From assembly GCF_009914755.1 (NCBI RefSeq), contig NC_060934.1: a stretch of DNA of 64,000 nt, one strand, 5' to 3'. The stretch comes from the human T2T-CHM13v2.0 reference genome, Homo sapiens. Below the pieces are notes generated by a model. The model did no database searches. It saw nothing but the letters and a program-made list of their open reading frames with translations, and had not been told where the DNA came from. A program made the position numbers and the translations under genes. This document shows, one piece after another, positions 15,061-30,670 of the stretch. Position 1 is the first letter of the stretch. Each line of letters opens with the position of its first letter.

Positions 15061-18000
15061 AATCATCATCGAATGGAATCGAATGTAATCATTGAATGGA
15101 CTCTAATGGAAAAATCATTGAATGAAATCGAATAGAATCATCAAACGGAAATGAATGGAATCATCATCAAATGGAATCGAATGGAATTATCAAATGGAAT
15201 CTAATGGAATCATCATTGAATAGAATCTAATGGAATCATCAAATGGAATCGAATGGAATCATCATTGAATGGAATCGATTGGGATCATAGAATGGTATCG
15301 AATGGAATCATCATCAAATAAAATCAAATGGAATCTTCGAATGGACTCGAATGGAATCATCATTGAATGGAATAGAATGGAATGATCATCGAATACAATC
15401 GATTGGAATCATCGAATGGAATCATCATCAAAAGGAATCGAAGTGAATCATCAAATGGAATCAAAAGGAATCATCGAATGGAATCGAATGGAATCATCAT
15501 CGAATGGAATCCAATAGAATCATCATCAAATGGAATCGAATGGAATCATCAATTAATGGAATCAAATGGAATCATCGAAAGGAAACTAAAGGAATCATCA
15601 TCGAATGGATTCGAATGGAATCGTCATCGAATGTAACTGAATGGAGTCATCAAATGGAATCGAATGGAATCATCATCACATGGTATCGAAGTGAAACATT
15701 GAATGGAATCGAATGGAATCGTCAAATGGAAACGAATGGAATCATCATCAATTTGACTCTAATGGAATCATCATCAAATGGAATCATATGGTATCATCGA
15801 ATGGAATTGAATGGAATCATCAAATGGGCTCGAAATGAATCATCGAATGGAATCGAATAAAATCATCGAAAGTAATCAAATCTAATTATCATCTAATGGA
15901 ATCGAATGGAATCATCATCGAATGGAATCGAATTGAATAATAGAATGGAATCAAATGAAATCATCAAATGGACTCGAATGGAATCATCATCGAATGGAAT
16001 CAAATGGAATCATAGAATGGAATTGGAAGGAGTCATCACCACATGGAATCGAACGGAGTCACCATCGAACGGAAACGAATGGAATCATCATCGAGTGGAC
16101 TCATCGAATGAACTCAAATGGAATAATCATCAAATGGAGATGAATGGAATCATCATCAAATGGCATCGAATGGAATGATCATCGAATGGAATTGAACAGA
16201 ATCATCATCGAGTGGAATCAAATGGAATCATTGAATGGACTTGAATGGAATCATCAAATGGAATCGAATGGAATCATGGAATGGACTCAAATGATATCAT
16301 CATCTAATGGAAACTAATGGAATCTTTGAATGGACTCTAATGGAATGATTGAATGCATTCGAATGGAATCATTAAATGGACTTGAGTGGAATCATCATCG
16401 TATGGAATTGAATGGAATCATCATTGAAATGAATTGAAAGGAATAATCATGGAATGGAATTGAATGGAATAATCATTGAAAGGAATCATCATCTAATGGA
16501 ATTGAATGGAGTCATCATCATTGAATGGAATTGAATGACATCATCAACAAATGCAATCGAAAGGAGTCATCATCAAATGGAATGGAAAGGATTCATCAAG
16601 GAATGGAATTGAATGGAACAATCATCGAACAGAAACGAATGGAATTATGGAATGCACTCGAATGGAATCATCATTGAATGGAATCGAATGGTATCATTGA
16701 GTGGACTTGAAAGAAACCATCATTGAATGGCATCAAATGGAATCATTGAATTGACTTGAATGGAATCATCATCGAATGGAATCAAAAGGAATCATCGAAT
16801 GGACTCGACTGGAATCATCATCAAATGGAATGGAATGGAATCTTCGAATGGAATCATCATTGAATGGAATTGAATGGAATCATCGAATGGAATAGAATGG
16901 AATAATCATCAAATGGAATCGAATGGAATCATCGAATGGACTCGAATGGAATCATCATCAAATGGAATTGAATGGAATCATCGAATGGCATCGAATGGAA
17001 CCATCGTCTAATGGAATGGAATGGAATCATTGAATGGACTCGAATGGAAATATCATCGAAATTGAATCGAATGGAATACTCATGGAATTGAATCGAATGG
17101 TCTCATCATCAAATGGAATCGAATGGAATCATCAAATGGAATCGAATGGAAACATCAAATGGACTCGAATGGAATCATCATAGAATGGAATTGAATGGAA
17201 TCATCGAATGGAATCATCATCGAATGGATTCGAATGGAATCATTGAATAGACTCGAATGCAGTCATCATCGAATGGAATCGAATAGAATCATCGAATGGA
17301 CTCGAATGGAATCATCATCAAATGGAATCAAATAGAATCATCGAATGGAATAGAATGAAATCATCATTGAATGAAATCGAATGAAATCATCAAATGGCAT
17401 TGGATGGAATCACCATCGAATGGAATCAAATGGAATCATCAAATGGCCTTGAATGGAATCATCATCGATTGGAATCAAATGAAATCATTGAATGGAATTG
17501 AATGGAATGATCATCGAATGGAATCAAAAGGAATCAGCGAATGGAATCGAATGGAATCATCGAATGGAATCCAGTGGAATCATCGAATGGACACGAATGG
17601 AATCAAAATCGAATGACATTGAATGGAATCTTCGAAAGGACTCGAAAGGAATAATCATTGAATGGAATCGAATGGAATCATCGTATGGACTCGAATAAAA
17701 ACATCATCGAATGAAATCGAATGGAAAAATCAAAAGGAATCAAATGAAATCATCATCGAATGGAATTATCTCATGAACTGGAATGGAATCTTCATTGAAA
17801 GGAATCTAATTGTGTCATAGAATGGACACGAATGGAATCCTCACGGAATGGAACCGAATGGAATCATCGAAAGGACTCGAATGGAATCATCATCACATGG
17901 AATCGAATGGAATCATCGAATGGAATGCAATGCAATCATCATCGAATGGAAATGAATGGAATCATCGAATGGAATTGAATAGAGTCACCATTGAATGAAA

Positions 18001-21000
18001 TCCCATGGAATCATCAAATGGATTCAAAAAGAATCATCATCCAAAGGAATCAAATGGAATCAACAAATGGAATCGAATGGAATCATCATCTAATGGAATC
18101 GAATGGAATTATCGAATGGAAGTGAATGGAATCATCATCGAATTGAATAGAATGGAATCATCATCTAAAGGAATCGAAGTGAATCATCGAATGGAATAGA
18201 AAGAAATCATCGAATGGACTCGAATGGAATCATCAAATGGAATCAAATAGAATCATCAAATGGAATCGAATGAACCATCATCGAATGGAATGGAATGGAA
18301 ATGTCGAATGGACTCGAATGAAATCATCATCAAATAGAATCAAATGGAATCAGCGAATGGAATCGAATGCAATCATAATAGAATGGAATCGAATGGAATC
18401 ATCAAATGGAATCATATGGAATCATCATCGAATGGAATCAAATGGAATCATCAAATGGCATCAAATAGAATCATCATTGAATCGAATTGAAAGGAGTCAT
18501 CTAATGGATGCGAATGGAATCATCATCGAATGGAAATGAATGGAATAATCAAATGGACACGAATGGAATTTTCATTTAATGGAATTGAATGGAATCATCA
18601 TCAAACGGAATTGATTTGAATCCTCATCGGATGGAATCTAATGGAATCATCAAATGGAATAGAAAGGAATCATCATCTAATGGAATTGAATAGAATCATC
18701 AAATGAAAACGAATGGAATCATCATTGAATGGAATCAAATGGAATCATAATCAAATGGAATCTAATGGAATCATCAACGAATGGAATCCAATGGAATCAT
18801 CATCAAAAGGAACGGAATGGAATCATCGAATGGAAACGAATGGAATCATCGAATGGATTCGAATAGAATCACCATCGAATGGAAAAGAAAGGAATCATCG
18901 AATGGACTCGAATGTAATCATCATGGAATAGAATCGAATGGAATCATCGAATAGACACAAATGGAATCATCATTGAATGGAATCAAATGGAATCATCGAA
19001 TGGACTCAAATGGAATCATCATTGAATGGAATCAAATGGAACCATCGAATGACATTGAATAGAATAATGAATGAATGGAATCTAAAGGAATAATCAAATG
19101 GACTCGAATGGAATCATCGAATGGACTCGAGTGGAATCATCATTGAATGGACTCGAGTGGAATCATCATTGAATGGAATCGAATGGAATCATCAAATGGA
19201 CTCGAATGGAATCATCATCAAATGGAATCTAATGGAATCATCGAAGAGACTGGAATGGAATCATAATCAAATGGAATCGAATGGAATCATCGAATGACAT
19301 CGAATGGAATCATCATTGAATGGAATGGAATGGAGTCATCAAATGGAATCAAATGGAATCATCATTGAATGGAATCGAATGGACTCATTGAATGGAATCA
19401 AATGGAATCATCATCGAATGGAATCAAATTGAATCATCGATTGGAATAGAATGCAATCATCTCAAACAGAATCAAATAGAATCATCCAATGGAATCGAAT
19501 GGAATCATCATCGAATAGAATCAAATGGAACCATAGAATGGTATCGAATGGGATCATCATCAAATGGAACCGAATGGAATCATCATGGAATGGAATCAAA
19601 AGCAAAAATCGAATGGATTTGTAAAGAATCATCAAATGGACATGAATGGAATCATCATCCAATGGAATGGAATGGAATTAATGAATGGAATCATATGGAA
19701 TCATCATTGAATGGAATCGAATGGAATCATCTAACAGACAGTAATGGAATCCTCATCGAATGGAATCGAATGGAATAATCGAATGGAAACGAATGGAATC
19801 CCCATCGAATGGAAGCAAATGGAATCATCAAACGGACCCGAATGCAATCATCATCAAATGGAATCGAACGGAATCTTCATTGAATGGACTTGAATGGAAT
19901 TATCAAATGGACTCGAATGGAATCATCGAATGGAATTGAATGGAATCATCACAGAATGAATTGAATGGAATCATTGAATGGTCTCGAAAGGAATAATTAT
20001 CAAATGGAATCGAATGTAATCACCGAATAAAATCGAATGGAATAATCATTGAATGGACTCGAATGGAATCATCATCAAATGGAATCGAACGGAATTATCG
20101 AATGGAATCGAATAGAATCATCGAATGGACTCAAATGCAATCAATGAATGGACTCGAATGCAATCATCAAATGGAATGTAATGGAATAATCAATGAACTC
20201 GAATGGAATCATCATTGAATGGGAACGAATGGAATCATTGAATGGAATCGAATGGAAACATCATTGAATGCAATCAAAAAGAATCATCAGCAAATGGAAT
20301 CGAATGGAATCATCATCGAATGGAATACAAGGGAATCATCATCGAATGCAACCAAATGGAATCATCATCGAATGGACCGAAAGGAGTCATCATCGAATGG
20401 AATCGCATGGAAACATCATCAAATGGAATTGAATGGAATCATCATCAAAATGGAATCTAATGGAATCATTGAATGGAATTGAACAGAATCATTATCAAAT
20501 GAATTCAATGGAATTATTGAATGGTCTCGAATGGAATCATCATCAAATGGAATCGAATGGAATCATCGAATAGAATCGAATGGAATAATCATCAAATGGA
20601 CTCGAATGGAATCAACATCAAATGGAATTGAACGGAATTATCGAATGGAATCAAATAGAATCATCGAATGGACTCGAATGGAATCATCAAATGGAAAGGA
20701 ATGGAATAATAAATGGACTCGAATGGAATCATCATCGAATGGAATTGAAAGGAATCATGGAATGGACTCGAATGGAATCATCATCAAATGGAATCAAATG
20801 GAATCATCCAATGGACTCGAAAGTAATCGTCATCAAATGGAATCAAATGGAATCATCGAATGGACTCAAATGGAATCTTCATCGAATGGAATCATTGAAT
20901 GGACTCGAATGGAATCATGGAATGGACTCGAATGGAATCATTGAATGGACTCGAATGGAATCATGGAATGGACTCGAATGGAATCATCATCAAATGGTAT

Positions 21001-24000
21001 CGAATGGAAACATTGAATTTACTCGAATGGAATCATCAAATGGAATTGAAAGGAATCATCATCAGATGGAAACGAATGGAATAATCATCGAATGGAATCA
21101 AATGGAATCATTGAATGGAATCAGATGGAATCATCATCGAATGGAATCGAATAGAATTATCAAATGAAATCGAATGTGATCATCATCAAATGGACGTGAA
21201 TGGAATCATCAACGAATGGACTCGAATGGAATCATCATCCAATGGAATCGAATGGAATCAACATCAAATGGAATCGAATGGAAACACCATTGAATTGAAT
21301 GGAATGGAATCATCATGGAATTGAAATGGATGAACTCATCATCGAATGGATTTGAATGGAATCATCGAATGGAATTGATTGGAATAATCATCAAATGGAA
21401 TCGAATGGTATCATTGAATGGAATCAAATGGAATAATCATCAGATGGAAACGAATGGAATCATCATAGAATGGAATTGAATGGATTCATGGAATGGAATC
21501 ATCATCGAATGGAATCGAATGGAATCATCAAAATAAATGGAATGGAATCATCATCGAATGGACTCGAATGGAATCATCATCCAATGGAATCGAATGGAAT
21601 CAACATCAAATGGAATCAAATGGAAACAACATCGAATTGAATTGAATGGAATCATCATGGAATTGAAGCGAATGGACTCATCATCGAATGGATTCGAAAG
21701 GAATCATCAAATGGAATCGATTGGAATTATCGAATGGAATCGAAAGGAATCATCGAATGGAATCGATTGGAATCATCATCGAATGGAATCGAATGGAATC
21801 GTCGAATGGTCTTGAATGCAATGATTGAATGGAATCGAATGCAATCATTGAATGGACTGGAAAGGAATCATCATTGAATGGAATGGAATGGTATCATTGA
21901 ATGGAATCGAATGGAATCATTGAATGGCATCAAATGGAATCATCATCCAATGGAATCAAATGGAATCATCTAACGGACTCATGTGGAATCATCATCAAAA
22001 GGAGTCGAGTGCAATCATCGAATGGACATGAATGGAATCATCATCGAATGGAATCAAATGGAATCACCATCACATGGAATAGGATGGAATCATCATCAAA
22101 TGGTGTCAAAAGGAAACATAGAATGGAATCAAAAGGAAAAAATAGAATGGAATCGAATGGAATCATCATTGCATGGAATTGAATGGAATCATCGAATGGA
22201 ATCATCATTGAATGAAATCAAAAAGTATCATCTAATGTAATTGAATGCAATCATCATCGAATGGAATCAAATGTAATAATCATCTATTGGAATCCCAAGG
22301 AATCATCATCGAATGTATTCGACTGAAATCAACTTCCAATGGAATTGAATGGAATGATCAAATGGAATCGAATGGAATCATCATGGAATGGAATAGAATG
22401 GAATCATTGAATGGAATCGAATGAATCCTCATCGAATGGAATCGAATGGAATCCTCCAATTTAATCGAATGGAATCATCAAATGGAATCGAATGAATCAT
22501 CATCGAATGCAATAGACATGAATCATCGAATGGAATCCAATGGAATCATTATGGAATGGAATCGAATGGAATAATCTAATGGAATCATCATCAAATGGAA
22601 TCAAAAAGAATCATCAAATGGAATTAATGCAATCATCATCGAATGAAATTGATTGGAATCATCAAAAGGAATCGAGTAGATTCAACATCGCATTTAATCA
22701 GATGGAATAATAAAATGGAATCAAATGGAATCATCACATGGAATCGAATGGAATCATCATCGAATGGAATCGAATGGAATCATCAATGAATGGAATCGAA
22801 TGGAATCATGGAATGGAATCAATTGGAATCATCATCACATGGAATCAAATGGAATCATCAAATGGAATTGAATGGAATAATCATCAAATGGAATCGAATG
22901 GAATCATTGAATGGAATCGAATGGAGTCATCGAATGAATCGAATGGAATCGTCATCGAATGGAATCTAATGGAATCATCGAATGGAATTGAATGGAATCA
23001 TCATTGAATGGAATTGAATGGAATCGTCATCGAATGGAATCGAATGGAGTCATTGAAAGGAATCGAATGGAACATTCATCAAATGGAATTGAATGAAAAC
23101 CTCAAATGGAATGGAAAGCAATCATTGAATGGAATCGAATGGACTCATCATCAAATGGAATCAAATGGAATCATAGAACGGAATCGAATGGAATCATCAT
23201 CGAATGGAATCAACTGGAATCATCATTGAATGGAATCAAAAGGAAACATTGAATGGAATCGAATGGAATCATCAAATGAAATTGAATGGAATCATCATCG
23301 AATGGAGTCAAATGGAATCATCGAATGGAATCAAATGGAATCATCCAATGGAATCGAATGGAAAAATCATTGAATGGAAACATCTAATGGAATCGGGTGG
23401 AATCATCAAATGGAATCGAATGGTGTCATCCTAGAATGGAATCATCCAATGAAAACAAACGGAATCAGAAAATGGAATCAAATGGAATCATCAAATGGAA
23501 TCGAATGGAATAATCATCCAATGGAATTGAATGGAGTAATCTGATGGAATCAAATGGAATCATCATAAAATGGAATTGAATGCAATCATGGAATGGAATC
23601 GAATGGAATCATTATCGCGTGGAATCGAATGGAATCATCATCACATGGAATCGAATGGAATCATCATGAAATGGTATCGAAAGGAAACGTCGAATGGAAT
23701 TGAATGGAATAAATTGAATGGAATCGAATGGAATCATCATCGAATGGAATTGAATTGAATCATTGAATAGAATCATCAATGAATGAAATTGAAAAAGATC
23801 ATCGAATGAAGACAATTGCAATCATCATCGAATTTAATCAAAAGGAATCATCATCGAATGAAATTGAATGGAACCATTGAAAGGAATCGAATGGAATAGT
23901 CATTGAATGGAATCGAATGGAATCATCGAACGGAATCAAATGGAACAATCCAATGGAATCGAACAGAATCATCGAATGGAATCAAATGGAATCATTGAGT

Positions 24001-27000
24001 GGAATGGAATGGAATCATTGAATGGAATCATCATCCAATGGAATCTAATGCAATCAACATCGAATGGAATCGAATGGAATCATTGAAAGGAATTGAATAA
24101 TCATTCAACGGAATTGAATGGAATCCTCGAATGGAATTGAACGGAATTATAGAATGGAATCGAACAGGATCATTGAATGGAATCGAATGGAATCATCATC
24201 GAATGGAATCGAGTGGAATCATCCAATGGAATTGAATGAAATCATAATCAAATGGAATCGAATGGAATCATCATCAAATGGAATCGTGTGGAATCATCGA
24301 ATGGAATTGAATGGAATCATCATCGAATGGAATTGAGTGGAATCATCGAATAGAATCAATTGGAATCATCAAAAGGAATCAAATGGAATCATCATCAAAT
24401 GGAACCAAATGGAATCAACAAATGGAATTGAATGGAATCATCATCGAATGGATTCGAATGGAATCAACAAGTGGAATCGAATTTAACAATTATCAAATGG
24501 AATCATCGAATGGAATCGTATGGAATCATCGAATGGTATCGAATGGTGTCTTCATCGAATGGAATCATCCGATGGAATCAAATGGAATCATCGAATGGAA
24601 CTGAATGGAATCACTGAATGGATTCGAATGGAATAATCATCAAATGGAATCAAATGGAGTCATCCAATGGAATTGAATTCAGTCATCATCACATGCAATT
24701 GAATGGAATTATCAAATGGACTTGAATGGAATCATCATCACATGGAATTGTATGGAATCATCATCACATGGAATCGAATGGAATCATCATTGAATGTTAT
24801 CAAAAGGAATCATAGAATGGAATTGAAAGGAATAACTCGAATGGAATAGAATGGAATCATATTCGAATGGAATCATATTCGAATGGAATTGAATGGAGTC
24901 ATCGAATGGAATCATCATTGAATGAAATCAAAAAGAATCATTGAATTGAATTGAATGCAATCATCATAGAATGGAATCGAATGGAATCATCATCAAGAGG
25001 AATCGAATGGAAACTTCAAAAGGAATCGAATGGAATAATCATCAAATGAGATCGAATGAAATCCTAGAATGGAATCGAAAGGAATCATCGCACGGAATCG
25101 AATGGAATCATCATTGCATGGAATCAAATGGAATAATTGAATGGAATCAAATGGAATCACCATCACATGGAATCGAATGAAATCCTAGAATGGAATAGAA
25201 AGGAATCATCGCACGGAATCGAATGGAATCATCATTGCATGGAATCAAATGGAATAATTGAATGGAATCGAATGGAATCATCATCACATGGAATCAAATG
25301 GAATCATCATCGAGTGGTATTGAAATGAACCATCGAATGGAATCGAATGGAATAAATCAAATGGAACCAAATGGAATCATCATCGAATGGAATCAAATGG
25401 AATCATCAAATGGAATCATCATTGAATGAAATCGAAAAAAATCATCGAATGGAATCGAATGGAATCATCATTGCATGGAATCAAATGGAATCATTGAAAG
25501 GAATCTAATTGAAAAAACATCCAATGGAATCGAATGAAATCCTCGAATGGAATCATTGAAAGGAATCAAATGGAATCATCTTCGAATGGAATCAAATAGA
25601 TTCATGCAATGGAATCAAATGGAAACATCATCACATGGAAGCAAATGGAATCACCATATGGAATAGAATGGAATAATCATTGAATGCAATTATCAAATGG
25701 AATAAAATGGAATCACCGAATGGAATCAAATGGTGTCATCATCAAATGGAATCATCCCATGGAATTGAATGGAATCATCAAATGGAATCGAATGGAATCA
25801 TAGACTGCAATCAAATGAAATCATCGAATGGAATTGAATGGAATCATCATCGAATGGAATTTAATGGAGTCATCCAATGGAATCGAATGGAATCATCATC
25901 ACATGGAATTGAATGAAATCAACTTCCAATGGAATCGAATGAAATCATCGAATGGAATCAAATGGAATCATCATGGAATGGAATCGAAAGGATTTATTGA
26001 ATGGAATCGAATGAAATCATCATCGAATGGAATCAAATGGAATCATTGAGTGGAATTGATTGGAATCCTCATCGAATGGAATTGAACGGAATCCTCCAAT
26101 TTAATCAAATAGATTAATAGAATGGAATCAAATGAATCATCATTGAATGCAATCGACAGGAATCATCGAATGGAATCCACAGGAATCATCATCGAATGGA
26201 ATTGAATGGAATCATCATCGCATGGAATCAAAAAGAATCATCAAATGGAATTAATGCAATTATCATCGAATGCAATTGAATGGAATCATCGAATGGAATC
26301 GAGTAGAATCAACATCACATGGAATCGAATGGAATAAATGAATGGAATCAAATGGAATCATCATCACATGGAATCGAATGGAATCATCATCGAATGGTAT
26401 TGAAAGGAATCATCGAATGGAATCGAATGGAATAAATCGAATGGAATGGAATGGAATCATCATCGAATGTAATCAAATGGAATCATCGACTGGAATCATC
26501 ATCGAATGATATCGAAAAAACCATCAAATGGAATCGAATGCAATCATCATCGAATGGAATTGAATGGAATCATCATCGAATGGAATCAAATGGAATCATC
26601 AAAAAGAATCGAATGGAATAAACATCAAATGCAATGGAATGAAATCCTCAAATGGAATCGAATGGAGTCATCGAATGGAATCGAATGGAATCATCATCAA
26701 ATGGAATCAAATGGAATCATTGAATGAAATCGAATGGAATCATCATCAGATGGAATCAAATGGAAGGATCGAATGGAATCGCATGGAATCGTCATTGAAT
26801 GGAAGTGAATGGAATCATCGAATGGAATCGAATGGAATCATAGAATGGAATCGATTGGAATCATAATCGAATGGAATCGACTGGAATCATCATTGAATGG
26901 AATCAAATGGAATCATCATTGAATGGCATCAAATGCAATCATGAAATGGTATCACATGGAATCATATTCGCATGGAATCAAATGGAATCATCATCACATG

Positions 27001-28450
27001 GAATCTAATGGAATCATCATCGAATGTTATCAAAATGAAACATCAAATGGAATCGAATGGAATAAATCAAATGGAAGTGAATGGAATCATCACGGAATGG
27101 AATCGAATGGAATCATTGAATGGAATCATCATCGAATGAAATCGAAAAGAAACATCGAATGGAATCAAATGCAATCATAATCGAATGGAATCGAATGGAA
27201 TCATCATCAAATGGAATTGAACGGAATCATTGAAAGGAATCGATTGGAGTAATCATCGAATGGAATCGAATGAAATCCTAGAATGGAATCGAATGGAATC
27301 ATCAAAGGGAATCGAATGGAATCATCATAGAAAGGAATCGAAAGGAATCATGGAATGGAATTGAATGGCATCATAATTGCATGGAATCAAATGGAATCAT
27401 CGAATGGAATCAAATGGAATCATCGAATGGAATCGAGTGGAATCACTGAATGGAATTGAATGGAATCATCATCGAATGGAATCGAATGGAATCATGGAAT
27501 GGAATCAAATGGAATCAAATGGAATCGAATGGAATCATAAAATGGAATCAAATGGAATCATAATTGAATGGAATAGACTGGAATCATCATCGAATGGAAT
27601 CGAATGGAATCATCAAATGGAATCGAATGGAATCATCTAATGGAATCGAATGGAGTCATCAAATGGAATCAAAAGGAGTCATCCGATGGAATCCAATGGA
27701 ATCATCATCGAATGGAATCGAATGCAATCATGAAATGGTATCAAATGGAATCATCTTCTTATGGAATCGAATGGAATCATCATCACATGGAATCTAATGG
27801 AATCATCATCGAATGGTATCAAAACAAAACATCGAATGGAATTGAGTGGAATAAATCAAATGGAACCGAATGGAATCATCATCGCATTGAATCAAATGGA
27901 ATCATCGAATGGAATCAAATGGAAACATAATCGAATGGAATCGAGTGGAAACATCGAATGGGCTCTAAGGGAATCATCATAGAATGGAATCGAATGGAAT
28001 CATCATCGAATGGAATCGAATGGAATCATTGAATGGAATCTAATGGAATCATCATCGAATGGAATGGAATAGAATCATCATCGAATGGACACGAATGGAA
28101 TCATCATTGAATGGAATAGAATGGAAATATCATCGAATGTACTGGAATGGAATCATCATCAAATGGACTCGAAAGGAATAATCACCAAATGTAATCAAAT
28201 GGAATCATCATTGAAAGGAATCAAATGGAATCATCATCAAATGGAATCTAATGGAATCATCATTGAATGGAATCGAATTGAATCATCATCGAATGGAAAC
28301 GAAAAGGAAAATCATTGAATGGAATCGAATAGAATCATCGAATGGACTCGAATGGAATCATCATCAAATGGAATCGAATGGAATCATCGAATGGACTCAA
28401 ATGGAATCATCATCTAATGGAATTGAGTGGAATCATTGAATGGACTCGAG
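15061..28450. repeat. Human satellite 2 (HSat2/HSATII), GGAATCATCATCGAATGGAATCGAAT-type array
   Basis: From 15061 the units contain ATCATC/ATCATCATC trimers interspersed with GGAAT and CGAAT; ends at ...tggactcgag|tgtctgttct. Confidence 0.95.
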
Positions 28451-29660
28451 TGTCTGTTCTGATAGGTCTGGGGATATCTAAAGGACTCATGAAAGGCTTT
28501 TTTTCTGTGTTGCTAGAATACAGAACAGATAAGGAATGGACATTTGTAAGAAAATGCAAGGAGACCTAACAAACCACAGATGCTTAGGGCAAAAATTAGA
28601 GTTTACACATATAGTAGATCACCTTCAGCACAGCAAGAAAAGTTGGAGAAGAGTATTTCAAAAACTAAGACATACAAAATCATTCACATACATGGGAGAG
28701 TCTAGAAAGTCACTTGTATTCATAGGTTAAGCCACATGCTGACAAATGTCATAAACAGACCCTACACTTTTACCTTGGCCAATCCCTCCCCTCCGTGCAA
28801 GCTCTGTGCATAAGTGAACTTGAACTTTACTCAGTGAAAGAGTGAACACACACTTTGTGCAGCTTTAAAGAACCCAGCACAAAGCCAGTCTGCATGGCCT
28901 AGAGACATATTTTGCTGGACAACGATTCCTTGTTTTTCTTTTTGTTTATCTTGTATTTGCCTGTTTGATTGGTTCCTGACATACAAGAAAATCACTGTCA
29001 AAACATTAGCTTAACATTTGTTATGGAAACAAAAAGACTTTGGTGACCACACCTTATAAAGCAAACAGTTTTGTAAATCACTTTGGAAAATTTCACTAAA
29101 AAAAAATCCTTAACAATATAATAAGTAAAGAAAATTTAAAACCACAAAACATTACTGTGTTTGTAGGGGGGGCCTGATTTACAGAGTAACCACATAGTAA
29201 TTATAATTATTATAATGTACAGTTTTCAAAAAAAGTTACAAGGCATACAAAGAATGGGAAAGTATGGCTCATTGAAAGGAACAAAACAAATTGACAGAGA
29301 ATATCTCTAAGGGAATCCAGACATCAAACTTACTAGACAAAGACTTTAAAACAACTCTCTTCATTATACTCAAATGTCAAAAGGAAAACATAAACAAAGA
29401 AATCAAGGAATCAGAACAAATATTAAAAAGTAGGAATATCAACAGAGATAGCAGAAATTCTGGAGTGGAAAACTACAACGATAAAAATTTAAAAATCACC
29501 AGAGGGATTTAAGAGTATATTTGCACACACAGAAGAAGTCATGAGCTTGAAGATAAGAAAATGGAAAACATTGACTCAGAAACAGATAAAAAATGAGCAG
29601 AGACTAAGGAATCTGTGGGACATCATCAAATAGACCAACATTCATATTCTAGAAGGATAA
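28451..29660 (+). mobile_element. Old L1M fragment (5' region/ORF1 remnant) abutting the satellite edge
   Basis: A-rich; ORF-track 29291-29512 reads LLDKDFKTTLFIILK..KENINKEIKE, typical of the L1M ORF1 N-terminus/coiled coil; left boundary approximate. Confidence 0.6.
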
Positions 29661-29684
29661 ATTATGTTGTTGAAAACTTTAGCA

Positions 29685-29830
29685 TTCCTTCTTTTCACCT
29701 TTCTTTCTTCCTCCCTCCCTTTCCTCCTCCTTTTTACTTTTCTTCCTCTTCCTTTCTCTTCTTCTGTCTCTCCTTCATTATCCCTTTCACTCTTTTTCTC
29801 TTTCTCCCTTTCTCTTTTTTCTTTTCTTTC
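29685..29830. repeat. CT-rich low-complexity polypyrimidine tract
   Basis: Nearly pure C/T (ttcctcctcc, tttctctt...). Confidence 0.85.
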
Positions 29831-30254
29831 AATTATCTCAATTACTAAGAGATGTTTAAATACCCTTGCCATGTGAGTTGATATGGTTATTTCTCCCTTT
29901 AGTTCTCTTTTGAGATTTATAGTCACTCTAAGTAAAGAGATAACCCAAACATAAGCCTCACAAACAGGCTTCCATACCATTCTTAATTTGGTCCTGTAAT
30001 TCTTCATTGCTGTATTAACTTTCTGATGCTTTTAAGGATGTTTTATAACAAATTGTTTAGTTTTTTCCACTGGAATGTTTATACTGAATTATCTAATTCA
30101 TATTGTAAGTATATAGGGAGTTTAATATAAAATTATTAAACTGATATTTGTGAAAGAATATTTTTCATAAATTTGAAAGTGAGAAGTTTTAAGCTTGTCA
30201 TTCCCAAGTAACCCTCTTAATGAGAGGCATCAGCATGCTTCAGTGACAGCTGTC

Positions 30255-30670
30255 ATCTTCCAGTGCTGAGAGTCATCTTTGAGTTCTCCATTTCACTCCC
30301 TACACTCCAATTTAGCTGCAGTTCTCTTGGCCAGTCCTATGAAATACATCCATGACCTAACGACTTCTCACCACTACTACCACTCATACTGACAGCATTC
30401 TCACCTAAGTCACTACCTTTTTTCTCTGGATTACAGTAGCCTCCCAATTTATTTGCTCACATAACCTATTTATTCTACACAGTGCACCAGATACACCCCT
30501 TTGAAATGCAAACACAATCATGTTATTCTCTGGTGAAATTATCTCATATATTCCTATCGCATTTAAAATTAATTCAGAATAATCCCATGATTATCAAAAC
30601 CCTACATGCTCTTCCACAACATGGTTTACTTCCAAGATATCTCTTCAACTTTTTTTTCACTGTACTGAAT
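30255..30670 (+). mobile_element. L2 LINE fragment
   Basis: L2-like motifs: ctggattacagtagcctccc, tctacacagtgcaccaga, tgcaaacacaatcatgttattct, cctatcgcatttaaaattaattc. Confidence 0.55.

Noticed and set aside
58-28439. Many ORFs such as MEWNGMEWN/IPFHSIPFH (up to 432 aa)
   Set aside because: They are translation artifacts of GGAAT/ATTCC pentamer satellite, which lacks stop codons in most frames; there is no gene structure.
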